Both the position numbers and the translations under genes were made by a program. This document shows, in pieces, positions 28,009-40,873 of a stretch of DNA of 64,000 nt. This DNA is from Eledone cirrhosa (taxonomy: Eukaryota): NCBI GenBank assembly GCA_964016885.1, contig OZ024741.1, positions 358,298,001-358,362,000 on the forward strand. The letters run 5' to 3'. Every line of letters begins with the position of its first letter. Within the stretch, counting starts at the first letter, position 1. The notes beneath the pieces were generated by a model that saw only the letters and a list, made by a program, of their open reading frames with translations, had not been told where the DNA came from and ran no database searches.

Positions 28009-28012
<4 letters not shown>
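27824..28012. mobile_element. Perfect palindromic hammerhead cassette in (TA)n
   Basis: 27824-27878 inverted at 27880-27934 with 1-nt spacer; right arm continues with gtattgagtac tail shared with the 24.6 kb family. Confidence 0.85.
27877..27925 (+). ncRNA. Type I hammerhead ribozyme
   Basis: gattc CTGATGA t ttc-taaa-gaa t GAAA cag-ttctagtc-ctg TA gaatc; GUA cleavage triplet; atypical U.U at base of stem II. Confidence 0.65.
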
Positions 28013-28057
<45 letters not shown>

Positions 28058-28224
28058 GGGGTAACAGATTATTGTTATAGGTAGTCCACTTAGGTGTAGT
28101 CCAGTTATGGTACTTCGAGTAGTGGATGATATCAACGCTTGGCTAAGTTTGACTCAACAAGGCGTTTCCACAGTGATGTTGCGAGTACGCGGTAATTTCT
28201 ATGTTGTAAACACTTGGAGTAATG

Positions 28225-28859
28225 ATAAATCAGGAAAGAAGAGTGACACGGTTTGCTATACAAAAAAGGTTTTTAATCTCATTGCTGACAATTGTTTCTC
28301 TGAACTGGTATGTCTAGAGATCGCTACCCGCTTGTTTTCACGTCATTCGATCACCAATACATAGTTATAACCAGTCAATTCATCGGAGCTTGTGAGAATG
28401 AAAGGAATATACAGGCATGGCTACTATATATAGTAGTAATGGCATTCAATCAGAACAATAACAACAATACTAACAATGCTAGCAATACATTATTTGAAAT
28501 AATCACAACATCTATCTAGGTGAGAAATATAGTATATCTACGATTTTAGCGTGTAAAACTAGCTGACATGAGGCAGATGTAAAAGCTGTCATGGGGTGTA
28601 TTATATATAGTGTAAAGATAAGCCGGTGGCTTTAAACAATGTAGGTCTGGTGGCCGTAAGAATCATTGATTATCTGACAGATGAAAAATTTATCACTGTA
28701 GTGAGGATAGTAATATTTGTGGTGTTAGGTTCAATATTTGTGTGGTCTATATTAGATGAAAGGGTTGTCTAGCTTTCTCATCATCAATAACATACATGTA
28801 TCAGACAACATTAATAGAGTAGCAATATAACAGGCAAGTTAATACAGAGGTTAAGGAGG

Positions 28860-28895
<36 letters not shown>

Positions 28896-29477
28896 AGAGA
28901 AAACATGCTGACTACAATTATAACAAGAGGAAGGTAATGTTCTGCTGTAGTAGTATTTTGAAATGTTCTTGGATTTAGGTTCATTTGTTGAGAGTCAAGG
29001 GTGAGGAAGTTGTGTTGACAGCAGCTGAGAAGGGATATATTTATGGGTTGATAAGGTACTTACAGACATTACTGTGGTATAGAATCAAGAAGGCTAGAAT
29101 GTACTTAATGATTATATTTCTGTGGTGGTCCGTGCAGTATAGTGGATATCCTAAGTTGAAAGCTAAGTTACGTCGGTTCGATTCACGGTGGCTTAAATCT
29201 TGTGAATTTAGTGGCGATCCTGTGTCTGCAGAAGATTGATCTTTCTAACTAGTTGTTGAGTAGCCTTTTTACATTTCTAAGGATATATAGTAATTCTAGA
29301 TCACAGAGCCTACGGTGGGACATACCGGTACTGTAGGTCTTTGCGGCCGACAACCTCGATCAGTTGATACTGTAGTTGGTGTTATTGTGCAGTTATATAC
29401 CAGTTCAGAGAAACAATTGTCAGCAATGAGATTAAAGACCTTTTTTGTATAGAAAACCGTGTCACTCTTCTTTCCTG

Positions 29478-29484
<7 letters not shown>
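28225..29484. mobile_element. PLE-like inverted-arm element
   Basis: 28225-28311 inverted at 29397-29484, each with GAAAcaattgTCag; related segments at 18455-18598, 27412-27545, 29755-29960. Confidence 0.6.
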
Positions 29485-29512
<28 letters not shown>

Positions 29513-29528
29513 CTCCCCCAAATATATA

Positions 29529-29684
29529 TACTGTGTACCTCGGCATTCGCGGTCGCGGTTATTCGTGGAATTTTCCTCAGAACCTAATTAATAATTGTTC
29601 TTGTAAACCACCACATATTCACGGTTTTTCACTAATCGCAGGTGTTCTAGGAACGCAACCCCCGTGAATATCGGGGCACAACTG
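29529..29684. mobile_element. pogo/Tc1-like MITE
   Basis: Imperfect TIRs (c)tgtgtacctcggcattcgcgg / ccgtgaatatcggggcacaactg; same family as 33301-33756. Confidence 0.6.
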
Positions 29685-29958
29685 TGTATATATACACACA
29701 CACACACACACACGCACACATATGTAAATATGTATATATATATATATATAATTCAAGAAATAAGAGTAACATGGTTGGCTGTACAATAAGGGCTTTATTC
29801 ACAGTGCTGACAATTGTTTCTTTGAGCTGGTAGGTCTAGAGCTCGCTAATCGCTTGATGTTGCGTCAATCGATCTCCAATACTTTGTTTATAACCAGTCA
29901 ATTCACTCTAACTGGACTACCTCTAAGTGGATTGCCTATAACGATAACTTGTTATCCC

Positions 29959-30029
<71 letters not shown>

Positions 30030-30049
30030 GTTATTTTCGTAGAGAACGA

Positions 30050-32887
30050 GTTGCAGGTGGCGGAAAGCGATACGGCCGGCAGGTGCGATGGTTAGTTGCG
30101 ATGTAAGTAGGTTCCTGCTAGATGAATAAACAACACAGGACCAAACTGCAGTAAGTTACTAAGGGATATGGTGCAATAGATGATACTGCTAGCTCTTAAG
30201 AAAACTCTCAGTAGTCAGCCAAGTACTTACGATGAAACAAGTATAGGCCACCTCTAAAAAATCCTCGTCTTCGCGAGTCTGAGAAAATTACCAAAATGGT
30301 GACTGGTGGGAATAAGACTAGGAAAAGACAGTAGTATAGTCAGAACCAATAAAAACAATCATATTGTGTCGTCCTTCGTGTTGTATAACAAGGGTCGCTT
30401 TCTGGCCTTAGGTAAAGGGACCTGTTCGAAAAGAATATATTGCTGTCTCCACTTAATGTTGGATTGACGTACAAGGGTTGCGTAGCCCAAAACATCAAAA
30501 AAGGAATAGAAGGGAGCAAATGTTAAGAATTGGCATCTGGAACGTTACAACCCTTACAAGTAAAAAGCAGAAACTTGTAGCTGAGGCCTGGAGTTATTGG
30601 TTAGATATAGTCGGGGTCTCCACAACAAGGTTCCTTCATTCTGGTACCGTAGATTTAGATGGAGCTATAAAGAACACCACAGGTGGGAGTGGGGATAATC
30701 ACAAGTCTCTGGCTGTCGGAATATGTTATGGAATAGATACCATTGGGAGGGAAGATTTGCGCCTCGAAGCTTAGGCTAAAAGAAAGGCTTCTATGTGTAG
30801 TGCAAGTTTATGCGCCAAACAAAGAGCGCGAATAAGGACTCTTCCTTGATGAAGTCACTGCAGCGTTAGATGTAATTAAGACAGCCATATATCCTAATGG
30901 GCAACTTCAATGCGCACGTTAGCACTGACTACCAGACATGGAAAGGAGTGGTTGGAATGAACGTCAATTCCGATCAAAGTGCTAACGGAGATGTCTTATT
31001 AGACTTCTGTTCTAACGATGGGCTCTGAATTATGAACGCATTCTGGCAGTACTAACATATCCATAATATAAGGGGAATTGGAGAGAGAGGTCAATAATTG
31101 ATTCTTTAATTGCCTCTTTTCAATTTTGCGCTGGATGTTCGTGTTAAAAGAGGGGCTGAGTTATCAACTAATCTTCATTTAGTTATCTACAACCCGAGAC
31201 TACCTCAAGTCAAGAAAACCCACAAACCTGGTTGGTTCAGATCGACAAACAGGATAAAGTGGAAAACGGCTGATGAATAGGTCAGGAACAGGTATGCGGA
31301 TACTATTGCATCCAAATTCAGAGAACTCCCTGAGCAAACTGTGGACGTTGAAACGGTGTATATAATCTTCAAGTCAGCAGATTAGCTGTTAAAGGGTGCG
31401 GGAAAAAGCGGCTTTGTGTGTCGCCGGATGGAAAGAGAACCCCCAGGTTCAATTAGAAGATTAAAAATGCCACCCGATCAAAGAAGAAGGCTTACAAAGC
31501 TTGGTTTCGAAATAAGTCTTTCTTCTTGCCCTCACGGTACAAAAATTGCAGCAGAGAGAGTAAAGGCGTTTAAGTTTAAAACATGGGAGGACTTTGGGGT
31601 TAAGCTGGAATCCTATTTTAGATCGGCAAATAAAGTATTCTGGCAGACCTTCCGTTGATTTCGTAATAAGACGTTCATCTCCAAGTCTGCTATCAGAAAC
31701 ACACCTAGGGTTCTTTTCTCCGCGAGGTGGAAAGAATATTTTTGTGATCTTCTAAATCCAGTCACATTTCTGATGTGCATGTGGTGCATCTAGGGGCAAA
31801 GATAAATCTTGCGGAGGCTAACATCACCAAAGCAATTAATGCATTCAATTGTAGCAAGGCCTTAAATAGAGAAGGTACACTAAAGCTGACTTATGTGCGC
31901 CGAGTAGTCTGGATCTTTTAAAAAAGACCAATCAATGGCAATTGGGAGTGATAACCTCAATTTTCGAAAAAGGAGACAAGGGAGATTACTCTAATTAAGG
32001 AGGAATCTCCTTGTTAAATACCCTTAGTAAAGTCTGTGCTAATTGTGTAGCAAATAGATGTAGGGATATTGTCGAGTCAAAGCTAACTGACTAGAGTAGC
32101 ATTTTCGCCTTGACGTAGCACAGCCAACCAAATATTCGCTCTGTGGCATGGTATTACTTAACTCGTCGGAGGTGATTTCCGACAAGCACTGTTTGCTGCC
32201 GAGTGCTGTCTGGCAGAAATGAAAATCAGTGCTGCGAAACCTAAGACACTCGTTCTCTAAAGAAAGCCTGCGCTGTGAACTTGGCATGTTAGTGGAATTA
32301 CACTAAGCAGGTGGAGAAGTTCAAGTATCTTGGGGCCGTTTTACGAATGATGGAAGGCAGGAGGCTGAATTAAATGCAATAATTGCAGGAGCTAGTGCAG
32401 TAATGTGTCAGCTTCAGTACTCGGTAATTAGAGAAGGAAGGTATGTGTAAAATCCAAACTCGCTATCTTCAATTTGGTGTTTGTGCCTACCCTGACCTAC
32501 GGCCAAAGGGTAATGATCAAAAGTATCCGATCTCGAATACAAGCGGCCAAAATGGGGTTCCTCGAAAAGGTCTTTGGAGTTACTCAATATGGTGCATACC
32601 TCGGAGATAAAGATAGAGCCACTACCTTTCCGAATTGAGAGATCACAGCTCCAGTACTACGGATATGTGGTTAGAATGTCTGAGGAAAGTATCGCTGGAC
32701 AGTTTTAACAAGCAAAGCTAACCGGCAGGGACAAATAGATAGACACGAGCAAGATGGTTGCATGACATCCATAAGCTCAGGAAGTCTCGGTTGTTGACCC
32801 AGCTGAAGTTTTGGAGACGATTGTTTCTGATTAGACTCTCTGGAAGATGTGTCTGATGACCCTACTCTCCTCAACCCTCCCAGAAAG

Positions 32888-32888
<1 letters not shown>
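30050..32888 (+). pseudogene. Decayed RTE-clade LINE
   Basis: APE motifs RIGIWNVTTL, QVYAP, GNFNAHV; RT-region remnants KKGDK..GISLL, QVEKFKYLG; many stops and frameshifts. Confidence 0.85.
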
Positions 32889-32970
<82 letters not shown>

Positions 32971-33300
32971 CACACACACACATATATATATTCACATCTA
33001 CGCACTTTTTTTATCTCTCCATATTCATTTTCCCTAGCCACCTGTCACGGAAATATAATCTAAAATGAAATCAATAAAGTAAATAAGGTGTATTTAAGCA
33101 CAAAAGCCTGAAGATTAACAATTCGATAGATACATTATATATGTAATGTATATTTGAGGGCATACATTTTAAACATATTCATATATATTATACCATTATA
33201 ATATAAATATACAGTATCAATTGAATAATACAAAATTATTTTAGAACACAACTCATAGAGGATTTCAGAAAAATCTAATGTAGAAATATTTAGTTATATG

Positions 33301-33752
33301 CAGTGTACACCCGGCATTCGCGGTCCTGGTTATTCGCTGAATTTTCCTCAGAACCTAAATAATAATTCTTTATGGAACCCACCGCAGATTCGCAGAATCG
33401 TAAATATCTTCCGCGATATTTTAATAGCTTTTTTCGCGGCAATATATATATTTTTACGCTTTTTAACACTAAATTATTAATAATTGTTTCTATGTTAGGC
33501 GCAAGGCCAGCAAATACCCAGTGTATTACTGGTACTTTATTTTATCGACCCCGTAAGGATGAAAGTCAAAGTTAACCTCGGCAGGATTTGAACTCAGAAT
33601 GTATTAATAACAATATACTGTATGTGGCGGCCTATATTTCATGTTATGTCTTGACGTTTATAGGCATTTTTATGGACTACGTCCAATATTCGCGGTTTTT
33701 CACTCTTCACGGGTGCTCTAGGAACGTAACCCCCACGAATACCGGGGGACAA

Positions 33753-33756
<4 letters not shown>
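33301..33756. mobile_element. pogo/Tc1-like MITE with nested family A SINE (33485-33600)
   Basis: TIRs cagtgtacacccggcattcgcgg / ccacgaataccgggggacaactg-TA. Confidence 0.65.
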
Positions 33757-33826
<70 letters not shown>

Positions 33827-33945
33827 GTATATAAACGTTAGTTATAGCTCTGGTTTATCCGAACCATTGAGCACTTTGCCGCACATTTTGAAGATTGTTT
33901 TTTCGTTATTTCGTGGGCCGAAGTTCCGATTCTCGATAATTTATT

Positions 33946-34002
<57 letters not shown>

Positions 34003-34074
34003 TATGGCGCAAGATTAGTATGGCGCAAGATTATGGTATTCTCAGACATGACATCCTTAATATAATTTTGGTAT

Positions 34075-34566
34075 GTATGTATGTTCTTCTGGTTTTATAA
34101 TTTCACAAAGTGTTACCAATAGAGAAAGAGTCGGTCTCTAACATAGACACACGACTCTCTCATTGGAATTTACTCAACATCAACTAGGTAGATATGTATG
34201 CATGCATGCATGTGTAGATATGGATGTTATTGTATGTGTGGATGTGTATGTTTTGAGTTGTATGTGTGCATGTGTATATGCTTAGTATCTGTACATGTGT
34301 ATATGTAGTTATTAGATGCAACATTTTTGGAATGTTTTACATACTTTTACTGTTCCATTAATGGATTGTACTTGTAATTTCCTAACTAGTTGTGTTCTTT
34401 CTGTTTCTGTGAAGCCTAGCTTCTCAAGATTTGTATTGAAGCAGTTACTAACATACCCCAGTGCCCCAATAATCACAGGCATAAATCTGAAGGTGTAATC
34501 AGGGTGGAGTATCTGCAGATTTCTCATCAGTTCTGTATAAATATTCTCCTTTTCACTAATCTTTGA
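34075..34566 (-). pseudogene. 5'-truncated RLE non-LTR retrotransposon fragment in (TATG)n
   Basis: ORF 34312-34527 ..MPVIIGALG..GTVKVCKTF (RLE C-terminus); 3' UTR homolog at 61232-61330. Confidence 0.8.
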
Positions 34567-35259
34567 TGTATGTATGTATGTATGTAAACATGTTTACAGT
34601 AACAACAGCTTCAGAATGAATTGAAATGAACATTTACAACAACAGCGGCATCAAACGATAACCCCCCCCCCCCCCACAAAATAACAAAACACACACACAC
34701 AACTCAACAACAACATCAACTGCCACCACCACCACCACCACCACCAGCGACCGGGCCTTAAGAAAACAACAACTTTAATAATAATAATTTTTCTGCTTTT
34801 GACACGGAGCCAACGATTGTTTCAGTGCATTACTGGTACTCTCTTTTGTTGACTCCGTGGGGATGAAACGCAAGGTTGACCTCGGCGGGATTCGAGCTCA
34901 GGGCGTGGAGGGCCATAGCTCTATGCTGTAAAGCAATTATAATAATACTGAACGGTAACACGAACGGCTTCAACTATACGAACTCTTTTGAAAGTCAACA
35001 GTTGATATAATCTTGTAATCTTGTATCAGTAATTGTTTCTACTTTAGGCACAAGGCCAGCAATTACCCAGTGCATTACTGGTACTTTATTTTATCGACGT
35101 ATCAGTAATGACGGTAATATATATATATATGTGTGTGTGTAAGTGAGTAGCGTGTGTATGTTTGTATGTATGAGTGTTGGTGTGTGCGCGCGTATGTATG
35201 TGTGTGTGTGTATGCGTGTGTGTATGTCGTACGTATAAGTGTCAATAAATGATTTTTTT

Positions 35260-35552
35260 TTTATATGCGCGTGGACATAGAAATAGTCGGGCTGGATACC
35301 CGATCGCGCAGTTAAACCACTGGGAGTGAAGAACCCCTAGCCCTTGTCAGGGCATTCTTCTAGGAAACTGGGTTAACTCCGACATAAAACCTGCGGCTCA
35401 GGAGTTACCGATCATGTTGATCTTTTCTTCTTTTCGGGTTATAGCTACTGTCGCTCAGAGAGTGGGATTGGCTCAGTGCACAGTCTTTCCTCACTTTAAA
35501 AATATTCGTCACGCACAGGCATTGCACGATTGCGGGATCACTCTGAATATAC
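35260..35552 (+). mobile_element. Non-coding LINE-5'UTR-like element related to the 600-bp family
   Basis: ccctagcccttgtcagggcattcttctagg..gggattggctcagtgcacagtc..gcacaggcattgc parallels 59170-59365; rc copy at 61008-61202. Confidence 0.65.
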
Positions 35553-35892
35553 GTCTGTAGTTTGAGAAATGGAAAAATTGAGAGAAGGCGCTTGCCCTGG
35601 TGGTCAGGGTGGCCGTGGTCTTTTGTGTGGTTTTCGCCACGAGTAACCCTCGGAGGTTTCCCCCCTATTGGGGAATTTTTCATTGTTTCAATTTTCATTT
35701 TTATTGTTTATATATATATATATATGTTTCTATGTCCTTTTATTCTTTTCTTATATAAATAATAAAAAATATTTACACGCACAAAACCCACATCGTACCG
35801 TCCTGTACTGTCCTGTGTCGTCTGTAATGTTTTTCTTGATATCAGCCCTTGTGGCCAATAAAGAAATCTTTATTATTATTATTATTATTATT
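35553..35892 (+). mobile_element. Tx1/L1-like 3' UTR with AATAAA and (ATT)n tail
   Basis: Homologous to 53900-54190. Confidence 0.6.
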
Positions 35893-38800
35893 TGCATTTA
35901 TCTTGCTTTATGTTCATACGAGTTATCACCAAGTCACAACCAGTGACCTCAAGAGACAACAAGGTCCGCCATGTTCAAGAAAGAACATACATATTCACAC
36001 ATGCATCCTTAGTGTTTAGACTTTTGATGTACTTATATTGACAGGATCTTCCTTAGTATATGGGCAGTTCCCATTAGTACTATCTTTTGTATTTCTCCTA
36101 TACGCGGGTTTCCTGGGATTTGCGATAAGTAGTCGTTAGACCCCTTAGGTATCATTCCCAGAGCGCCTACAACCACTGGTATTGTTTTAGTTCTCAATTT
36201 CCACATTTTTCCAATTTCTATCTCCAGGTCCTTATACTTGCTCAATTTTTCAAATGTTTTTATAGATACATTCTTGTCTATTGGAACAGACATATCAATT
36301 AGCAGGCATACCCTCCTTTGAAAGTCCTTCAATATTATATCAGGTCTATTTGCATCTATTTTTCGGTCTGTTTGGATGCTAAAGTTCCACAAGATTGAGA
36401 TGTGATCTTTTTCAAGTATGGGAGGTGGTTGATGCTCCCACCAATTCTTTTGATGGGGCAGGTCAAAATGCTTACACATTATCCAATGTATGTATTGTGC
36501 AGCTCTGTCATGCCTGTTTAGGTATTCGGTTGGAGCTATAGGACTGCACATTGAAATTATATGGTCAATGGTCTCTGGTTGTTTTTTGCATACACGGCAT
36601 AATGGGCTGCACCCATTTTTTATTATGTTGGCTTGGTAATTTTTTGTTGGCAGACACTGATCTTGTGCCGATATAATCAGTCCTTCAGTCTCCGATTTCA
36701 GTCCAGAGGATGCCAACCACTGATGGGTTAAAGTTTTGTCAACATCAGGATTGTTAGCTCGCTCTGGGTATTTTCCATACAGAGGCGTTTCTTGCCATTT
36801 CTTAGCCAGTTTCTGTAGCAGTTCTTTCTTTGCAGTTACTTTTACCTGCTTTGCTTTTTCTGTGTTTTCCATTTCAGCAGTAAATGGGACTTCTGAAATT
36901 TGTAGTCCATTACTGTATCTTTGTGCATCTTTTGTAATGGAATATGATCTTTTGGTGCTTTCGTGTTTCAAAACGAGTTTGATCATCCAATAATGTGATT
37001 CCCTTAGATATGTGGATAATCCAATTGTTGCAGTTTTCAACGCAATGTCTAACTGGATTAACCCACGTCCTCCTTCTTTCCTAGGGAGATATATTCTATC
37101 TATGTCTGCCTTAGGGTGATGCATTCTGTGCATGGTTAAGAATTTTCGGATTTTTGTATCGAGCCTACGGATCTCTGTGCTTGACCAGTTGATGACATTG
37201 TAACTGTAGGTTACTACTGGTATGGCAAGCGTGTTTATGGCATCGATCCTATTCCTTGCATTCAATTCCGTTCTTAAGATTGCTCTGACTCTGCGGTAAC
37301 ATTCCTTCCTTATCCTTTCCCTCATTGTCGAGTGCTTGATTCCGTCTCCTTCACAAAACCTAGATATTTGTAAGTTTTTTCTTGATCAAGCTCTCTTATC
37401 ACGTTCCCCCGATCAAGATTAATGTCTGAACTCTTCAGCAGCTTTCCTCTGGTGAACGTTGCTTTGGCGCATTTATCTAGTCCAAACTCCATTTTAATGT
37501 CATCACTGAACTGCTTCACAGTGGATAATAGCCCTTGCAATTGTTCATCATTTTTTGCAAATAGTTTCAGGTCATCCATGTAGAACAGGTGATTAATGGT
37601 TTTGTCATAGACTCTATATCCATGTTTTGTTTCATTGAGCATTTTACTTAATGGTATAAGTGCGATGCAGAATAAAAGCGGTGATAAAGAGTCACCCTGA
37701 AAAATTCCACAATTAATATTAACTTCTCCAGCTTCCAGTGATTTTGTTTCACTATTCAAAAGGAGTGTCGTTCTCCATGTCTTCATACTGAATGACAAAA
37801 ACCTCCTGACAACGGGGGATATTTTGAAAATCTCTAAACATTTTTCAATCCAACTGTGTGGCAAACTATCGAATGCTTTTTTATAATCTATCCAAGCAAT
37901 CGATAGATTTTTGTGTCTGTTATGACAATCTTCCAGTATCATTTTGTTAACCAGAAGCTGATCCTTACAGCCATATGAGCCTCGTTTACACCCTTTCTGC
38001 TCAATGGGAAATAGGTCATTTGTTATCAGGTGGTCATATGTGTATTCAGTTAGGACTGATGTTAAAATGTTATACATTGTGGTCAAGCAGGTTATCGGTC
38101 TGTAATTTTTGGGATTGTTTGTCTCATCATTCTTCGGTAGCAGGAATGTAATGCCGTTAACTAGCCATGATGGTATCTTTTCTGGCTCCTTAACTATTTC
38201 ATTGTAAAGTTGGGCTAACAGCTCATGAGACTCTGTGAAGGCATTTATCCAAAAGTTTTGTATTTTGTCTTTTCCTGGGGATTTCCATTTGCTGGTTTTT
38301 CTTAGAGCCAAGCGCAACTGTTCAACTGTTATATTTTCCCATGTTTGTTCTTCAAGGTGAGCTGTTTCTTTCATTTGTCTGTCTATCCATGGGGCATGTA
38401 TGTTATGAACTTTTTCTTCGGCCCAGATCTTTTCCCAGAATTCTTGCACTTCCTCCTTGGGTGGTATTGATTTAGCAGTTATTGTTGACTTACCAATTTT
38501 TCTGTAGAAGTTTCTTTGGTTGTTTTTGAACATATTATTGTCCTTATAGAATCTAGATCGTTTTTCAAAGCGCCTTATACGAGCAGCTTTGGCCGACACT
38601 TTTTGCTTGATTGTTTCTATCAGCATGTCTATGTCACATGTTGATCTTATACTGTACTTTTTTTTCAATTTTCTAAGTTTAGTTTGTTTAACATGTTCAC
38701 CTACTTTATAGTTTGTTAAAATTTCTATGTCAGATCGGAGAAGGTTTATTTGGCGATTGATGTTATCTTGCCAAGTAGATTTCTTGTGGGAATTCCTTTG

Positions 38801-40796
38801 TTTTTTCATCTTCACTCCACATAAGTGAGTGGTGACTTTAGCCGATGCATAATAGAGATGATTTAAGTCAGTAATGTTTAGTTTGTTTGTGATGATAATG
38901 TTTTTGAGAATTATGTTAGTCTTGTGTATTATCTTTTGGTTCTGTTTGGAGTTCTGGATCTTAGGGAGGGTGTCTCGTTGCCCCATGTCAGATTCTTTCA
39001 TTTTCATCCATTCGATCATAATTTCATCCTTCAAGTTGGCAAGTTCATTCTCATTCATTTCTTTATCATTTACGATCTCATTATTTTCATTTGGAGTTTC
39101 ATCCTGAGCATGCACTCCCTCCACTTTTTCGCTCCTTTCTTTAATTTGTTCTGTTGCCAGTGATTCCGCCCCAACCCTGGGATTCGAAGTGTTACAGTTT
39201 ACCTCGTTTTCACTGACACATGCTTCATTTTCCCTTCGCTGACTTTGTGCTACTAGCTTGATCTGATCAATTTCTATGTCAGTTAGTAACTTTTTTCTTA
39301 CAATATTTCTTCGTATATTGGCTAGTTTGTTACTGTCTCTGTTTTCGGGATGTTTCTTTTTCCAGTTGATATATGTTTGTTCTGTATTCGATGTATTTGA
39401 TGGGTAGTACATGGCAGTGTAGAAAGCCTCAAGGACTTCTTTATTATCTTCCCTTGACCATTTTTCTCTCTTTTTCTTTGGATTTCTTGGTGGTGAGCAT
39501 GGAGGGCCAACAGTAGGAGTATTCCGGTTATGGGAGGTCTCCAGCTCCGAAGTGATGGGAAGGTTTGAACCATTAGCTGATTTTTCGACCCCAGTCTGGT
39601 TCCTCTCTGAGGGACGCGGCCCTTTTTTACCCGGGTGACGGCCGATCCGGTATGAGATTTTATCATTAGACATTTACTTTATTTTGTCGCGTTTTATCCT
39701 TATCCGCCAAGGGGTAATCATTTCGTGTTACCACTTCTAGAACGAGTGTCAACCAAGACTAGAGGGGTCGTTCTCCCCTAGAGACATGGCTATTCCCCGC
39801 CGGCCGCCATCCCGGTATTTCTTGGTCACGGGGTTTTCTTTTTGTTGTTTTTTTAAAAATTGTTATTATCATGAGTGGTTCCTTAATGTGAGTATTGCGT
39901 GGCTTAAGAATGAAATTATTAATAATTGTCTCCACTCCAGGCACAAGTCCAGCAATCACCCAGTGCATTACAATAATATAATATACTTTTTGTTGTAGTT
40001 GGCTGTTATTGTTGTTGGCTATGTCGGGGGTGGTGCCGGGGCTTTTTATATTGTTGGTGAGGAAGGGGTGAGCCAGCAGTCCCATAATTGTTGATGTAGA
40101 CGTTTGGCCGGTGGCAAGGTCACCAAGTCAATCTATTTATATCTTTTGCTAGCCTCTCTCTTGTCTAGTGATACCGCCACCTTCCCTTTTCTCTCTCAAG
40201 TTAACAGGGGAATAGTGTCGGTAGCATTGAATGAGTGGTGGCGGCGATGATGGATGCGGTGGGGTGGTGGCAGCGGTGGTGTTGTGGTTACTGATATAGT
40301 ATCTATGAGTTTGTGTTCGTATGTTTAATATATATTTTTATTATATTTTGTGTTGACATATTCCCGTAAAATTTGAATTAAACATTTTTTAAAATTTGAG
40401 ACAATAATAGTAGTAATTATTATTATGATGCTGGTGAAATTGCCGTTATCTGGCTGTTATATTTAGTGTGATGGGATAGGTAGTGTATCAAGTTTCTGGT
40501 GTTGGTGAAATTGAAATTGCTGCTATTTGGCTGTTCTATATAGTGTAGACAGAGGGTGTTTTGTTCCATTTATAACCATTTTCTTTTTTTGAATACAAAA
40601 TATATAATACAAAATTGAATATTTGAGCGATACAACAATATAATATGGATCCGAAACTTTATGGGACCTCATTCGGTGCATTTATGCAACATTTGTGCTA
40701 AGAATTGTTCTTTCACAATTGATTTAAATATGTTAAAAATCAAAAACTTACGGGAGCAATTTCGTGACGTTCTACCACCTCGTGCGTCTTCTTCCC
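35893..40796 (-). mobile_element. R4/Dong-like RLE retrotransposon, family 1, apparently full length
   Basis: ORFs 37322-39673 and 36033-37325; bounded by (ATT)n on both sides. Confidence 0.9.
36033..39673 (-). pseudogene. RT + CCHC + restriction-like endonuclease ORF, one frameshift near 37325-37345
   Basis: KSPGKD, NYRPITCL, QGDSLSPLLF, YMDD, CRVC..HIISMC, RHD, RPDIIL..IDMSVP..KLSKY. Confidence 0.93.
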
Positions 40797-40867
<71 letters not shown>

Positions 40868-40873
40868 GTTATT

